A DNA stretch of 64,000 nt from Myxococcota bacterium (lineage in GTDB: Bacteria > Myxococcota_A > SURF-8), in assembly GCA_965140415.1 (NCBI GenBank), contig OZ223209.1:384001-448000 (forward strand), read 5' to 3'. The notes beneath the pieces are model-generated. The model did no database searches and had not been told where the DNA came from. It worked only from the letters and a program-made list of their open reading frames with translations. A program made the position numbers and the translations under genes. Below are positions 39,104 through 48,909 of the stretch, piece after piece (position 1 is the first letter of the stretch; the number at the start of each line of letters is the position of its first letter).

Positions 39104-40138
39104 ATGTCCGCCGCACCCATCGATTTACGCTCCGATACGGTTACTCTTCCGACACAGGCCATGCGGGAAGCCATGTTTAGCTGCGAGGTCGGCGACGACG
39201 TACTGGGCGAAGACCCGACGATCAACCGCCTGGAGCGCAGCTTCGCAAACCTGCTTGGCAAAGAAGCCGCACTGTTCGTTCCCAGCGGAACTTTCGCCAA
39301 CCAATGCGCCGTTATGACGCATACCGAATCCGGCAACGAGATTATCCTGTCGGAAGACTGCCACATTTTGCAACACGAGGCGGGGGCTTCGGCGCTGTTG
39401 TCGCGCGTGCAATTGCGCACGGTTTCTCCAGCAAACGGCAGCCACCTCACGGCAAAGGAAATCCTGCCGCGCATTCGTATCGGGGATGACATCCACTATC
39501 CGCGCACGAGCCTGATTTGTATCGAGCAGGCCACCGCCTGGGGCAGCCTGTATCCCATCGACGAAATGAAGGCGATTGCGGAATTGGCGAAAACGCACGA
39601 CCTGCGGGTGCATATCGACGGCGCGCGGCTGTTCAACGCCGCCAGCGCCTTGAACGTAGAAGCTCGTGAACTGGCCGCCTACGGCGATTCGGTCAGCGTG
39701 TGTCTTTCCAAAGGTTTGTGCGCCCCGGTCGGCTCGTTGTTGGCGGGAACGGCGGAGTTTATCGCCCAGGCCAGGCGAAACCGCAAAATCATGGGCGGCG
39801 GCATGCGACAGGCCGGTTTTCTGGCGGCGGCGGGCGAAATCGCGCTGGATCAGATGCGCCTGCGCCTGGAAGATGACCACCTCCATGCACGCCTGTTGGC
39901 GGAGGCCATCCAAGCCCTGCCGGGGTTGACGCTTACCCGTCCCTGCCAGATCAACATGGTGTTCTTCAAGAACGAAACCGGGCGCATCGATGATGCACAG
40001 GCCTTGCAAGCGTTATACGAAAAGGGCATCTGGACCTATCCACCGGAAGGCGGCGAATTCCGGCTCGTCACGCACCACGGCGTTGAACGAGACGACATCG
40101 AGCGCGCCGTCCAGGCCATTCAAACCATATTCGCTTAG
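39104..40138 (+). CDS. ltaE: Low-specificity L-threonine aldolase
   Basis: DLRSDTVT, VGDDVLGEDPT, HIDGARLFNA, CLSKGLCAPVGS, GGGMRQAG. Confidence 0.93.
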   Translation: MSAAPIDLRSDTVTLPTQAMREAMFSCEVGDDVLGEDPTINRLERSFANLLGKEAALFVPSGTFANQCAVMTHTESGNEIILSEDCHILQHEAGASALLSRVQLRTVSPANGSHLTAKEILPRIRIGDDIHYPRTSLICIEQATAWGSLYPIDEMKAIAELAKTHDLRVHIDGARLFNAASALNVEARELAAYGDSVSVCLSKGLCAPVGSLLAGTAEFIAQARRNRKIMGGGMRQAGFLAAAGEIALDQMRLRLEDDHLHARLLAEAIQALPGLTLTRPCQINMVFFKNETGRIDDAQALQALYEKGIWTYPPEGGEFRLVTHHGVERDDIERAVQAIQTIFA

Positions 40139-40146
40139 AGCTTCTC

Positions 40147-42156
40147 TTATTCGGCTTCCCACCAGATCGGCGAAGACCAGGCCCGTTCCTGATGTGTTTT
40201 CGGAATGGCGCTGTCCGAGCAGCCTTCCGGCAACTCGTCCGCGTTTTCCGGGTTGCAGTCGTAGGCGACCCAGCGACAGCTTGGATTCTCGATGACACGC
40301 GCGTAGTACAAGGCATCCTGGCTCGGATCGAAATCGGGATCGCTCCAGATGGCACACAACTGCTGCTCGCCTTCACCGGTGCGCTCGCAGCTCTGCTCGT
40401 CCACAGCGGCTTCTTCCTGATCGCTTTGGGCCACGTCGAAAACCTGTTGCTGCGGTTTGCCGTCGGAGTCGATCCACACCTTGATAATTTGCGCCCGTTG
40501 TAACGGAGTCCCCGGATTTTCGAAGCTTCCTTCATCCGCTTCCGCATAAATCATGAACACCGGTTCATCGCCCTCTTCTTCAGGTGAAGAAAGATCCGAG
40601 CCCATCGGAACACCCTTTTCGTAGCCTTCTGCAACCAGTTGCTCCGGGTCCAGACACAAGTTTTCCGAGTAGCCATAACCACCGAAAAAGCGCAGACGAA
40701 TGCGCGGGCCACTGGTGGTGTAGATTTCCCGGCGCTGCATCGCATCGAAAATGGCGTCCCGGCTTTTCTCCTGCGCCCAGACCGCCGCCAGTCCACCCGG
40801 ATTGTACATGCGCGGATTATGGGTAAACGTCCCTTCGCCCAGCCGCTTGGCCGCCGTGTCATCCACCATACCTACATGACCCAAAAAGCCGACTTCTGAC
40901 ACCATTCCCGGCGTTCCGTTGTGATTGTCCGTGCTGCCGATAACGCCGCTCTTATACGGATTCACGCCCAGGCGTTGACGTTCCTGCAAGCCGAAAGCCC
41001 AGACGTTGCGGATGTAATCCAATTTGGACAAGCACCCGAAGCCGTTGACGCCACCCCAGCCGGGCGTGTCGCCGCAGTCATCGAATTCGCTTTCACGGAT
41101 CTTTTCGAAGTCGCAATAGGGATCTTCCGGGATGCCCTCGAACCCGTTTTTACATTCCATATCGCCTTTGTGCTGCATCCCTTCCAGAACCGGTTCCATT
41201 TGCAAGCGCAGTTGCGCCTGATCGCGCTGGCTTTGCAGGCTTTCATCTTCGGAATAATACGGCGTATACAAGTTGCCGTTAGACCAGTTGGAGTTATGGG
41301 GAAGAACCATCACGTCGCAGCCGTTGTCATTGTCCAGGCAGTTGCTTTGCAAATGCTTCCACAGATCCGTTGCGATCGGATACTCGTAATACGCCGGTGG
41401 CAGATCCGTGAACAATGCATTTCGGAACATGACGACGCGATGCCAGTTGACCACCCCTGCCGAGCCGGTGTACTCGTAGCCGGGAAAGGTAACGAACTCG
41501 CAACTAGCCGTGCGATCATAGGCGCGTTCAGCGGACTCGCGCACCATCTGCCAGGCCATCTCGGCGTACTGCCGACATAAAGCCAGATCGTCGCCGCAGA
41601 TTTCTTCCATCCGCTTCGGCTCGTCCGTGGCCAAGCGCACTCCCCATTGTGTCACACGGCTTTGTCCGCCTTCGCGATAGTCTTTGCAGGCTTCGTTAGT
41701 ATAGGCGGGAGAATCTTCCAGGGTACAAAGCAGATGCTCGCCGAAATATTCGATGTGATCGGAAAGACCGACGAAATCAAGCGGGCGGTCGATTTGAGCC
41801 TGACGCGTTCCTTTTCCCGTTCCATCCAAAGGCGGCAGCCACACGCTCTCTCCTTTTGCAAAGGCATAGGCTTCATCCATCGAAGTACGCACGTCATAGC
41901 CAAAGGCGTCCCAGGACAATGACGAGTGGGCGTGCCAGTCTCCGAAATAGAGATTGCGCAAGGGGTTGAAATCATTGCAGGCTTCTCGCTCTTCGGTATA
42001 TTCGAACAGGCGCTGCTCGGCTAACGAATCCGTATCGCCATCGGTTTCATATTCTGAATCCGCATCCCCGAACCACTCGTTTTCGTCGCCATCGGAGCAG
42101 GCAAGCGTTAACATGAGGATCGAGCATAAAGTCACTAACCAACCGTACACGTTCAT
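40147..42156 (-). CDS. DUF3604 family lipoprotein (PHP-like metallo-hydrolase fold)
   Basis: Lipobox TLAC; FGDWHAHSSLSWDA, PLDFVGLSDH, PHNSNWSNG, GSTDNH, YYARVIENPSCRW, QERAWSSPIW. Confidence 0.85.
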   Translation of the reverse strand: MNVYGWLVTLCSILMLTLACSDGDENEWFGDADSEYETDGDTDSLAEQRLFEYTEEREACNDFNPLRNLYFGDWHAHSSLSWDAFGYDVRTSMDEAYAFAKGESVWLPPLDGTGKGTRQAQIDRPLDFVGLSDHIEYFGEHLLCTLEDSPAYTNEACKDYREGGQSRVTQWGVRLATDEPKRMEEICGDDLALCRQYAEMAWQMVRESAERAYDRTASCEFVTFPGYEYTGSAGVVNWHRVVMFRNALFTDLPPAYYEYPIATDLWKHLQSNCLDNDNGCDVMVLPHNSNWSNGNLYTPYYSEDESLQSQRDQAQLRLQMEPVLEGMQHKGDMECKNGFEGIPEDPYCDFEKIRESEFDDCGDTPGWGGVNGFGCLSKLDYIRNVWAFGLQERQRLGVNPYKSGVIGSTDNHNGTPGMVSEVGFLGHVGMVDDTAAKRLGEGTFTHNPRMYNPGGLAAVWAQEKSRDAIFDAMQRREIYTTSGPRIRLRFFGGYGYSENLCLDPEQLVAEGYEKGVPMGSDLSSPEEEGDEPVFMIYAEADEGSFENPGTPLQRAQIIKVWIDSDGKPQQQVFDVAQSDQEEAAVDEQSCERTGEGEQQLCAIWSDPDFDPSQDALYYARVIENPSCRWVAYDCNPENADELPEGCSDSAIPKTHQERAWSSPIWWEAE

Positions 42157-42325
42157 TTGAAATCCTTTGGTGAAAATTCCTCGGCACAACTGACATGTCA
42201 TTCTATTTCCGGTTGCGCGTAATGCAAGGAGATTTTGGAGTTGGGGCGGGATTACTCGGGTAATATAGAGGTAGCAATTTCCAGAAATGAAGACCTGTTA
42301 GGCTCGATTGATCCTGCCTAAACTC

Positions 42326-42353
42326 TTGACAAACCGGGGCCTAGGGGTACTGT
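42326..42353 (+). promoter_or_regulatory. Putative sigma70-type promoter for the ammonia-lyase operon
   Basis: TTGACA-N16-TACTGT. Confidence 0.45.
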
Positions 42354-42404
42354 TAAGCAAGTTGAAAATATGGAAATACCGGAAGGTTAGATAGCGTGCG
42401 AGAG

Positions 42405-43943
42405 ATGAGTGAAAAATCGGAAAACAGGGTGGAAATTCAGATCGACGACCAACCGTTGACTATGAGTCAGATTCAGCAGATCGCCGCCAATAAGGCGCGT
42501 GTGACGATTGGGAGCGACCCGGAATATGTACAGAAAATGCAGAATTCACAACGCATTCTGTTACAGGTATTGCAAAGCGGCAAACCCGTATACGGCGTCA
42601 GCACCGGCTATGGGCGTAGCTGCGGCAATCGCTTCGAACCGGAATTGACCGACCAGTTGGGTTACAACCTGATTCAATATCACGGTGCGGGCGTGGGTGA
42701 AGCGCTGGATCGCGAATCGGTGCGGGCGGCGATTGCCTGTCGTATCACTTGTCTGGCGCTGGGGCGCTCCGGTGTTTCATTGGACTTATTGAAGCGACTG
42801 GCGGATCTGTTGAACCGGGACATCGTGCCGGTGATGCCGCAACTCGGTTCGGTAGGCGCTTCTGGCGATTTAACGCCGATGTCCTATATCGCCGCTTGCC
42901 TGCTGGGTGAGCGAGAGGTTTTCTATCGCGGAAAACGCATGAGCGCGAAAGAGGCGTTCAAAGCGGAAGGCTTAAGCCCCTATCGTTTCCAGCCCAAGGA
43001 ACCGTTGGGCGTATTGAACGGCACCTCGGTTATGACCGGTATCGCTGCGGTGGCTTTGCGCAAAGTCCGGCATCTTTTAGAAGCGGCAGTGGCTGCCAGC
43101 GCACTGACCAGCCACGCCTTGGCCGGTCACGACGAGCATTTCCATCCGGTTGTCACCGATTCCAAACCGCATCCGGGACAGATCTGGGTGGGGCAGAAAC
43201 TGCGAGAGTTGTTGCAGTTCACCGAAAAGCCGCTGGAATCGGATGCGGCCAGCGACTTGCAGGATCCGTACTCAGTGCGTTGCCCGCCGCAGATTCTTGG
43301 CGTATTGGCCGATGCGCTGGAGTGGATCGAAAGCTGGGTACAGCGGGAAATCAACAGTTCCAACGACAATCCCCTGACCGATCCGGATAGCGAAGATGTG
43401 CTGCGTGGCGGCAATTTCTACGGTGGGCATATCGCGTTTGCCATGGATGCCCTGAAACCGGCGCTGGCGCAGATGGCCGACATGCTCGACCGGCAACTGG
43501 CGCTTTTGGTCGATCCGCGTTTCAATCGCGGCCTGCCCGAAAACCTGGTCATGGAAAACGGCTCGGCTCCTGGAATACACCATGCTTTCAAGGGCTTACA
43601 GATTACGGCGTCGGCACTGGTAGCGGAAGCGCAGAAAAACACCATGCCCGCCGCAGTGTTCAGTCGCTCCACCGAATCGCACAACCAGGATATCGTCAGC
43701 ATGGGAACCATCGCGGCCCGCGACGTGCAACGGCAGTTGCATCTGGTCAGCCGCGCCAATGCCATTCATCTGATGGCCGCCGTGCAGGCCTGCGAAATTC
43801 GCGGCGGCTTGCAGGCGCGTCCGCAGTTGCAGCGTATCGTGCAACAGGTTCGTGAAATCGTTTCGGAAATGCACGAAGATCGCCCGATGGACGCCGAGGT
43901 GGAACGTCTGGCCGAAGCGCTGCTCAATGGGGAGGTGAGTTAG
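42405..43943 (+). CDS. Aromatic amino acid ammonia-lyase (HAL/PAL/TAL family, MIO-dependent)
   Basis: VYGVSTGYG, GSVGASGDLTP (ASG), LNGT, QDPYSVRC.PQ, NDNP, GGNFYG, ESHNQDIVSMG. Confidence 0.93.
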   Translation: MSEKSENRVEIQIDDQPLTMSQIQQIAANKARVTIGSDPEYVQKMQNSQRILLQVLQSGKPVYGVSTGYGRSCGNRFEPELTDQLGYNLIQYHGAGVGEALDRESVRAAIACRITCLALGRSGVSLDLLKRLADLLNRDIVPVMPQLGSVGASGDLTPMSYIAACLLGEREVFYRGKRMSAKEAFKAEGLSPYRFQPKEPLGVLNGTSVMTGIAAVALRKVRHLLEAAVAASALTSHALAGHDEHFHPVVTDSKPHPGQIWVGQKLRELLQFTEKPLESDAASDLQDPYSVRCPPQILGVLADALEWIESWVQREINSSNDNPLTDPDSEDVLRGGNFYGGHIAFAMDALKPALAQMADMLDRQLALLVDPRFNRGLPENLVMENGSAPGIHHAFKGLQITASALVAEAQKNTMPAAVFSRSTESHNQDIVSMGTIAARDVQRQLHLVSRANAIHLMAAVQACEIRGGLQARPQLQRIVQQVREIVSEMHEDRPMDAEVERLAEALLNGEVS

Positions 43944-44366
43944 ATGAGTGCTACGCCGGTTTTGGAGCACAGCATCCGTTACACCGTTCCCTTTCACGAT
44001 CTCGATCCGATGGGCGTTGTCTGGCATGGGAATTACCTGAAATATTTCGAACATGCGCGCGAGGCGCTCTTCGATCAAAACCAGGTCAATTTGTTCGAGG
44101 TCTACCGGGATACGGCCTATGCGTTTCCTATCGTGCGCAGTGAAATCAAGCACATTCATCCCCTGCGCTACCGCGATGAAATCACTTGCATTGCCCGCTT
44201 GACCGATGCCAACCGTATGCTGGTCGTCGAATTCGAAATCCGGTTAACAGAAACCAACGAACTCTGCACACGCGGAAAAACCAAACAGGTTGCGGTGCGT
44301 TACCCGGATATGACCCTGGAGCAGGCGATTCCCGCTCACATCCGAGAGGCCTTGGGTGCCGGATGA
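43944..44366 (+). CDS. Acyl-CoA/ACP thioesterase (4HBT/YbgC hot-dog family)
   Basis: VPFHDLDPMGVVWHGNYLKYFEHARE; abuts the lyase stop. Confidence 0.9.
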   Translation: MSATPVLEHSIRYTVPFHDLDPMGVVWHGNYLKYFEHAREALFDQNQVNLFEVYRDTAYAFPIVRSEIKHIHPLRYRDEITCIARLTDANRMLVVEFEIRLTETNELCTRGKTKQVAVRYPDMTLEQAIPAHIREALGAG

Positions 44367-46087
44367 TCACGCAGCAAGATTTCGATCAGGCATTACAGAC
44401 GGGGGCGGTGCGGGTCACGGCCTGGGCGGATCTGCTCGACGGCATCAACGTGTTTCCCGTCGCCGATGGCGACACGGGCCGCAACCTTGTTTACAGCCTT
44501 TCTCCGCTTATTCAAGCCGATAGCCGCGACGAGCGCCTGATCGAGCGCCTGTTGATGTTGGCGCGTGGAAACTCGGGCAATATCGCAGTGCAGTTCCTGC
44601 GCGGAGTGTTGCAGGCCGAATACCTCTCGAATCTGCCCGCTGCCGTAAAACAGGGACGCGATCTGGCCTGGCAGGCATTGCCCGATCCGCGTGAAGGGAC
44701 CATGCTGAGTTTGCTGGATGAACTGGCGCTGGCATTGCAGGATCATTACGGCGAAGATGCCTGGGTCGAATCCGTGTTGGAGCGACTCGTGCAGGCGGTG
44801 CGGCGTACTACCCAGCAATTGCAGGATTTGCAGCAGGCAGGCGTCGTCGATTCGGGTGCATTGGGGCTGTTCCTGTTTTTCGATGGTTTTTTACAGCGTC
44901 TCAGCGGTATCGAGCAGCAACCGGCGGCGGTTGCCAAACTTTTCGACGGGCAATTGCGGTTGAACGCGGATCTTGAATTTGCACGGCACAACGGCAACTG
45001 CATCGACGCACTCATCAAGCGAAACGGTGAAACAGGCGAAAAGCTCAAGGATCTTGAAGCTTTTGGAGAGAGCATCGTTGCATTGGAGCATGGAGAATTC
45101 GTCAAGCTGCACCTGCACGGCGAGAATGAAGCGCTGATCAAACAGCGGCTGGCCGAACTGGGTGAGGTGCTGCGCTATAAAAGCGACGACTTGAACGAGC
45201 AGACAAGCCGCTTTGTCGGTGCGCGTAAAACGCAGGCGGTGCATGTAATGACCGATGCCGCCGGAAGCATGACGCGCGAGCAGGCCACGGAACTGAATCT
45301 AACGTTATTAGACAGCTACATCACGGTGGGCGATCACTGCCTGCCGGAAAGCTATATCGATCGGGATGACTTGTACCGGCGTATGCTGGCAGGAGAAAGC
45401 GCATCCACCGCGCAGGCCAGCCAATTCGAGCGCCAGCAGTTTTACCGCAAGGTCTGCGACCTGTATCCGAAGGTGCTTTATCTGGCGGTCGGTTCGGTGT
45501 TTACCGGCAATGTCGATGCCGCACAACAGTGGAAAAGCGAAGCGGACCCGGAAGATCGTTTGTCGGTGCTCGATAGCGGTGCGGCTTCTGGAAAGCTGGG
45601 CTTGTCGGCCCTGGCCGTTGCCCGTTACGCCCAGCAGGAAACGCAGCCGGAGAAGGTAGTTACCTATGCCAGGCAGGTCATCGAAACCTGTGAAGAATAT
45701 CTCTTTATCGAGACGCTGCGTTATCTGGCGCGTGGTGGGCGATTAAGCAAAACCAGCGCCTTTTTCGGAAACATGTTGGGTTTAAAGCCGGTTGTCAGCC
45801 CCTATCCCGATGGCGCTCGCAAGCTGGCGATGCTGCGTAACCGCAAGGATCAACTGGCATTTTTACAAAAACGCCTAGATCAGAGCCTGCCGAATGAATC
45901 CACTTCGCCGATTCTGCTGCAATACACCGACAACCGAAGCTGGGTGGAAACCGAACTGCTCGATTGGGTACGGCAGCAGCGATCAGCGGCGGAGATCGTT
46001 GTAACGCCCTTATCATTGACGACCGGAGTGCATGCCGGGCCGGGAGCCTGGTCGGTTGCCTTCTTACCGTCGGTGCCATCGAAATAA
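44363..46087 (+). CDS. Dak2 (FakA-like) plus DegV (FakB-like) fusion, fatty-acid kinase-like
   Basis: INVFPVADGDTGRNL, ARGNSG, GVVDSGALG, VKLHLH; then DegV motifs MTDAA, STAQAS, YLARGGRLS, GVHAGPGA; ATGA overlap with thioesterase. Confidence 0.85.
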   Translation: MITQQDFDQALQTGAVRVTAWADLLDGINVFPVADGDTGRNLVYSLSPLIQADSRDERLIERLLMLARGNSGNIAVQFLRGVLQAEYLSNLPAAVKQGRDLAWQALPDPREGTMLSLLDELALALQDHYGEDAWVESVLERLVQAVRRTTQQLQDLQQAGVVDSGALGLFLFFDGFLQRLSGIEQQPAAVAKLFDGQLRLNADLEFARHNGNCIDALIKRNGETGEKLKDLEAFGESIVALEHGEFVKLHLHGENEALIKQRLAELGEVLRYKSDDLNEQTSRFVGARKTQAVHVMTDAAGSMTREQATELNLTLLDSYITVGDHCLPESYIDRDDLYRRMLAGESASTAQASQFERQQFYRKVCDLYPKVLYLAVGSVFTGNVDAAQQWKSEADPEDRLSVLDSGAASGKLGLSALAVARYAQQETQPEKVVTYARQVIETCEEYLFIETLRYLARGGRLSKTSAFFGNMLGLKPVVSPYPDGARKLAMLRNRKDQLAFLQKRLDQSLPNESTSPILLQYTDNRSWVETELLDWVRQQRSAAEIVVTPLSLTTGVHAGPGAWSVAFLPSVPSK

Positions 46088-46245
46088 ACGAATTTCATAT
46101 ATTTTTACCGGTTTTATATCATTCAGCAAATACGCAACAAATAGAGCTTTATCGCCAAGCGGTTATAGGGTATTTTTGAATGTGATGCGCCTGTTTGCAC
46201 GTGGTGGGCATTGTGTCGCGTTACGTAGAAGAAATGGTGACTTGT

Positions 46246-46713
46246 ATGCCGGACTGGTTACGCCATCCGTGGCGAACATTCATGAAAAAACTGGCCAAAA
46301 GACTGATGAACAGTCCTTTCGGTCAAACGGCACTGCAACATGCGCCGATCGATTTGAGCGTGTTCAAGCAGCGCCCCGGTCCGCTGTTGATCACCGGTCT
46401 GATCTTACTGGCAGCCAGTTATATCGTCGGCTGGCCCATGATCGCCGCCTGCTCCTTCGTTGCCATTCACTTCGAAGATCCGCTGATTTTCGCAATCGGA
46501 GGCCCGGCTTTATATGGCCTGAGTTGGTTGGTGTTCAGTGTGGCCTTGATCTTCATCGGCAAGGAAAGCTACCAGCATCTTCACGTGTTAACGGAATATC
46601 TTGTCGTGCGTTTGATTGAAAAGCATGGCGAGCCCGATCAGTTGAACAGTTCCCCTAACGATTCATCTTCTTCGACCCAGGATGCCTCGACCGCGTCCAG
46701 CGACAGCGAATAA
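46246..46713 (+). CDS. Hypothetical membrane protein
   Basis: Two to three hydrophobic helices; start uncertain (46246 or 46282). Confidence 0.6.
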   Translation: MPDWLRHPWRTFMKKLAKRLMNSPFGQTALQHAPIDLSVFKQRPGPLLITGLILLAASYIVGWPMIAACSFVAIHFEDPLIFAIGGPALYGLSWLVFSVALIFIGKESYQHLHVLTEYLVVRLIEKHGEPDQLNSSPNDSSSSTQDASTASSDSE

Positions 46714-47321
46714 TCCGAGCTTCCCCAAACCTGCAAGAACACGTCCGAAGGCCGCCCTTTTTCGTCGAAATGAAGCACGGCCTGTTTCTGCAAGGTCTTG
46801 CTATTATCATAGCGTCGCAGCGTGAGTGGCCCGTCCTGCGCCTGGCTGGTTTCCACAAAGCCGTTGAAATCCTGATAGACACAGCGCTGCACCAGATCGG
46901 CGGATTTCGAGTGATGCAGCAGTTTCCCCGTTGGCGGCAACAACAGCAGGCGCACGTCGTTTAACAGATTCATGGCAAACGCCGCCCGATCCAGCGGCGG
47001 TAGAGCGCGATGCACCACGGTGTCCTGTAGAGTAGCGGTGGCGTCAAAGAGTAGCAGTCCCTCGGCACTTAATAACATGCTGCGCAGGCGTTGCCCGGCT
47101 GGGTCCGCCAAACTCACACCCAATAACGACGGCGCTTCGCCAACGGAAAATTTTGTATCGATGCGATGCACGACGCGAAAGGGGCGCGTTTGAAAAGGAG
47201 CGGCGCAGGCTGCGATCTGCTCGTCCGAAATCGGAGTCTCCGTCCATTGCGCCAGCTTGGGACGAGCGCAGGCCGAAAGCAGCAACATAAGTAAAATGAG
47301 TAGAAAAATACGTTTCATCAT
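46638..47321 (-). CDS. Lipoprotein, DUF3261-like
   Basis: Lipobox LSAC; LLSAEGLLLFD and LLNDVRLLLLPP resemble DUF3261-type proteins; adjacent to a LolA-like gene. Confidence 0.55.
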   Translation of the reverse strand: MMKRIFLLILLMLLLSACARPKLAQWTETPISDEQIAACAAPFQTRPFRVVHRIDTKFSVGEAPSLLGVSLADPAGQRLRSMLLSAEGLLLFDATATLQDTVVHRALPPLDRAAFAMNLLNDVRLLLLPPTGKLLHHSKSADLVQRCVYQDFNGFVETSQAQDGPLTLRRYDNSKTLQKQAVLHFDEKGRPSDVFLQVWGSSDYSLSLDAVEASWVEEDESLGELFN

Positions 47322-47944
47322 TACGGGTAACGCTTGAAGGTCGCGTCCGAAAGCTTGGGATTGACTTTGGGAGCGGTGAATATCAACACGGTGCGCGCCT
47401 GTTCGCTTTCAATAATTTCAATGCGTTCGATGACGCCCGGTTGCTTGGCCAGCGTAAGTCGCACGCGAGCGATCATCTTGGCAAGGCCGTCCTCTTTGGG
47501 CGTCAGTTCGATACAGGGCGGATCGTCCTTGATCAACGTGGCCTTAAAGGTGGTGTCGTTCTCAAACGAGCCGCTCATCCACTGCGCGATACGCTCCATC
47601 ACGATGCGCAGCGCTTCCAGCCGCTGGCCGCTTTCCTGAACGATTTTCCCATTCTGCTCGGCGTAGCGGGTGATGTTGCCCTGATACATCAGCAAGGCAT
47701 TGCGGATCGGCGAGTGATACTCCCAGCGCAGATTGTCCGGGGCGCGGTAATAAAAGCTGCCCTTGCTGATTAGCGGTTTCGTTAGAATTTTCAGATGCTT
47801 TTCTTGTGTGAAGGGCGATTGCAACGACTGCACCGCTTCCATGGCCTGCCCGATCTGCCACCAGTCGTTCGTCCAGCCGAGTTGCAACAGGCTGCAACTC
47901 GCTACCAAAAGAAACACCATGATGCCGCGAGCACGTCCGCTCAT
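47321..47944 (-). CDS. LolA-like outer-membrane lipoprotein carrier protein
   Basis: Signal peptide; FTQEKHLKILTKPLISKGSFYYRAPDNLRWEY; start moved to ATG 47944 (ATGA overlap with fabG). Confidence 0.85.
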   Translation of the reverse strand: MSGRARGIMVFLLVASCSLLQLGWTNDWWQIGQAMEAVQSLQSPFTQEKHLKILTKPLISKGSFYYRAPDNLRWEYHSPIRNALLMYQGNITRYAEQNGKIVQESGQRLEALRIVMERIAQWMSGSFENDTTFKATLIKDDPPCIELTPKEDGLAKMIARVRLTLAKQPGVIERIEIIESEQARTVLIFTAPKVNPKLSDATFKRYP

Positions 47945-48684
47945 GACATCCCGCCATTGACCGCCAGTACCTGGCCCGTGATGTAGCTGGCCTGCGCGGA
48001 GCACAAGAAAGCAACGGCGGCGGCGACTTCCTCCGGGCGTCCGATGCGTTCCATGGGGATGATCTGCTTGATCATCTCCACCGGTGCTTCCTGGATCATG
48101 TCGGTGTCGATCAGCCCCGGCGCAACCACGTTGACGCGAATGCCGACTTTGGCGGTTTCCTTGGCCAGCGCTTTACTGGCGCCGATCAATCCGGCTTTGG
48201 CGGCGGAGTAGTTCACCTGACCCCGGTTGCCTGTCAGACCGGATACGGAGGAAATGGAAACGATTGCGCCACTACGCTGGCGCATCATGTGCCGGATCAG
48301 CGGTTTGGTTAGGTTGTAAAAACCGGAAAGTGTGGTATCCAGTACCCGCTGCCAGTTCTCCTCGCTCATCAACGCGAACAGACCGTCTGCGGTGATGCCC
48401 GCATTATTGACCAGCACACCGATGGGCGCATGTTCTTTGCAGGCTTGATCGATGGCGGCATGGGCGGCTTCGCGGTCCGTCACATCGAAAGGCAATAATA
48501 CGCCCTGTGCGCCGGCCTGCTCGACCAGTGCCAGCGTTTCTTTAGCGGCGTCCTCATTCGATCGGTAATTGATCAGCACCTTGTGCCCCGCCTCTGCCAA
48601 AGCAACGCAGATCGCCCGGCCAATGCCGCGACTGCCGCCGGTCACCAGGGCGGTACAAGGTTCGTTCGTTGTGGGTTTCGTCAT
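47941..48684 (-). CDS. fabG: 3-oxoacyl-ACP reductase (SDR)
   Basis: TGGSRGIG, LVNNAGITAD, NRGQVNYSAAKAG (YxxxK), VAPGLIDTDM, YITGQVLAVNGG. Confidence 0.9.
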   Translation of the reverse strand: MTKPTTNEPCTALVTGGSRGIGRAICVALAEAGHKVLINYRSNEDAAKETLALVEQAGAQGVLLPFDVTDREAAHAAIDQACKEHAPIGVLVNNAGITADGLFALMSEENWQRVLDTTLSGFYNLTKPLIRHMMRQRSGAIVSISSVSGLTGNRGQVNYSAAKAGLIGASKALAKETAKVGIRVNVVAPGLIDTDMIQEAPVEMIKQIIPMERIGRPEEVAAAVAFLCSAQASYITGQVLAVNGGMS

Positions 48685-48909
48685 GGCTTTCTCTTGATAT
48701 TATCCGTGTTTTCATGCTTTTACGATTTACGTGAAACACGTTATACCACCGCCATAGCATCAGGGCAAGTCTACCGTTTTGCAGCGTTTATAAGTGTGTT
48801 GTCCAAGTTTGCAAAAGCCTTCGAAAAGCGTTGAACCGAGATTGGCTGCATGCTATAGTTATGGTTCGGAAGTTGAGCGAAGAGCGCCAACCAAACCGAG
48901 GGTAAAGCC

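Noticed and set aside
48723-48738. parS-like 16-mer CGATTTACGTGAAACA between fabG and dksA
   Set aside because: Three mismatches to TGTTTCACGTGAAACA, all in one half; single copy and no parB in the window
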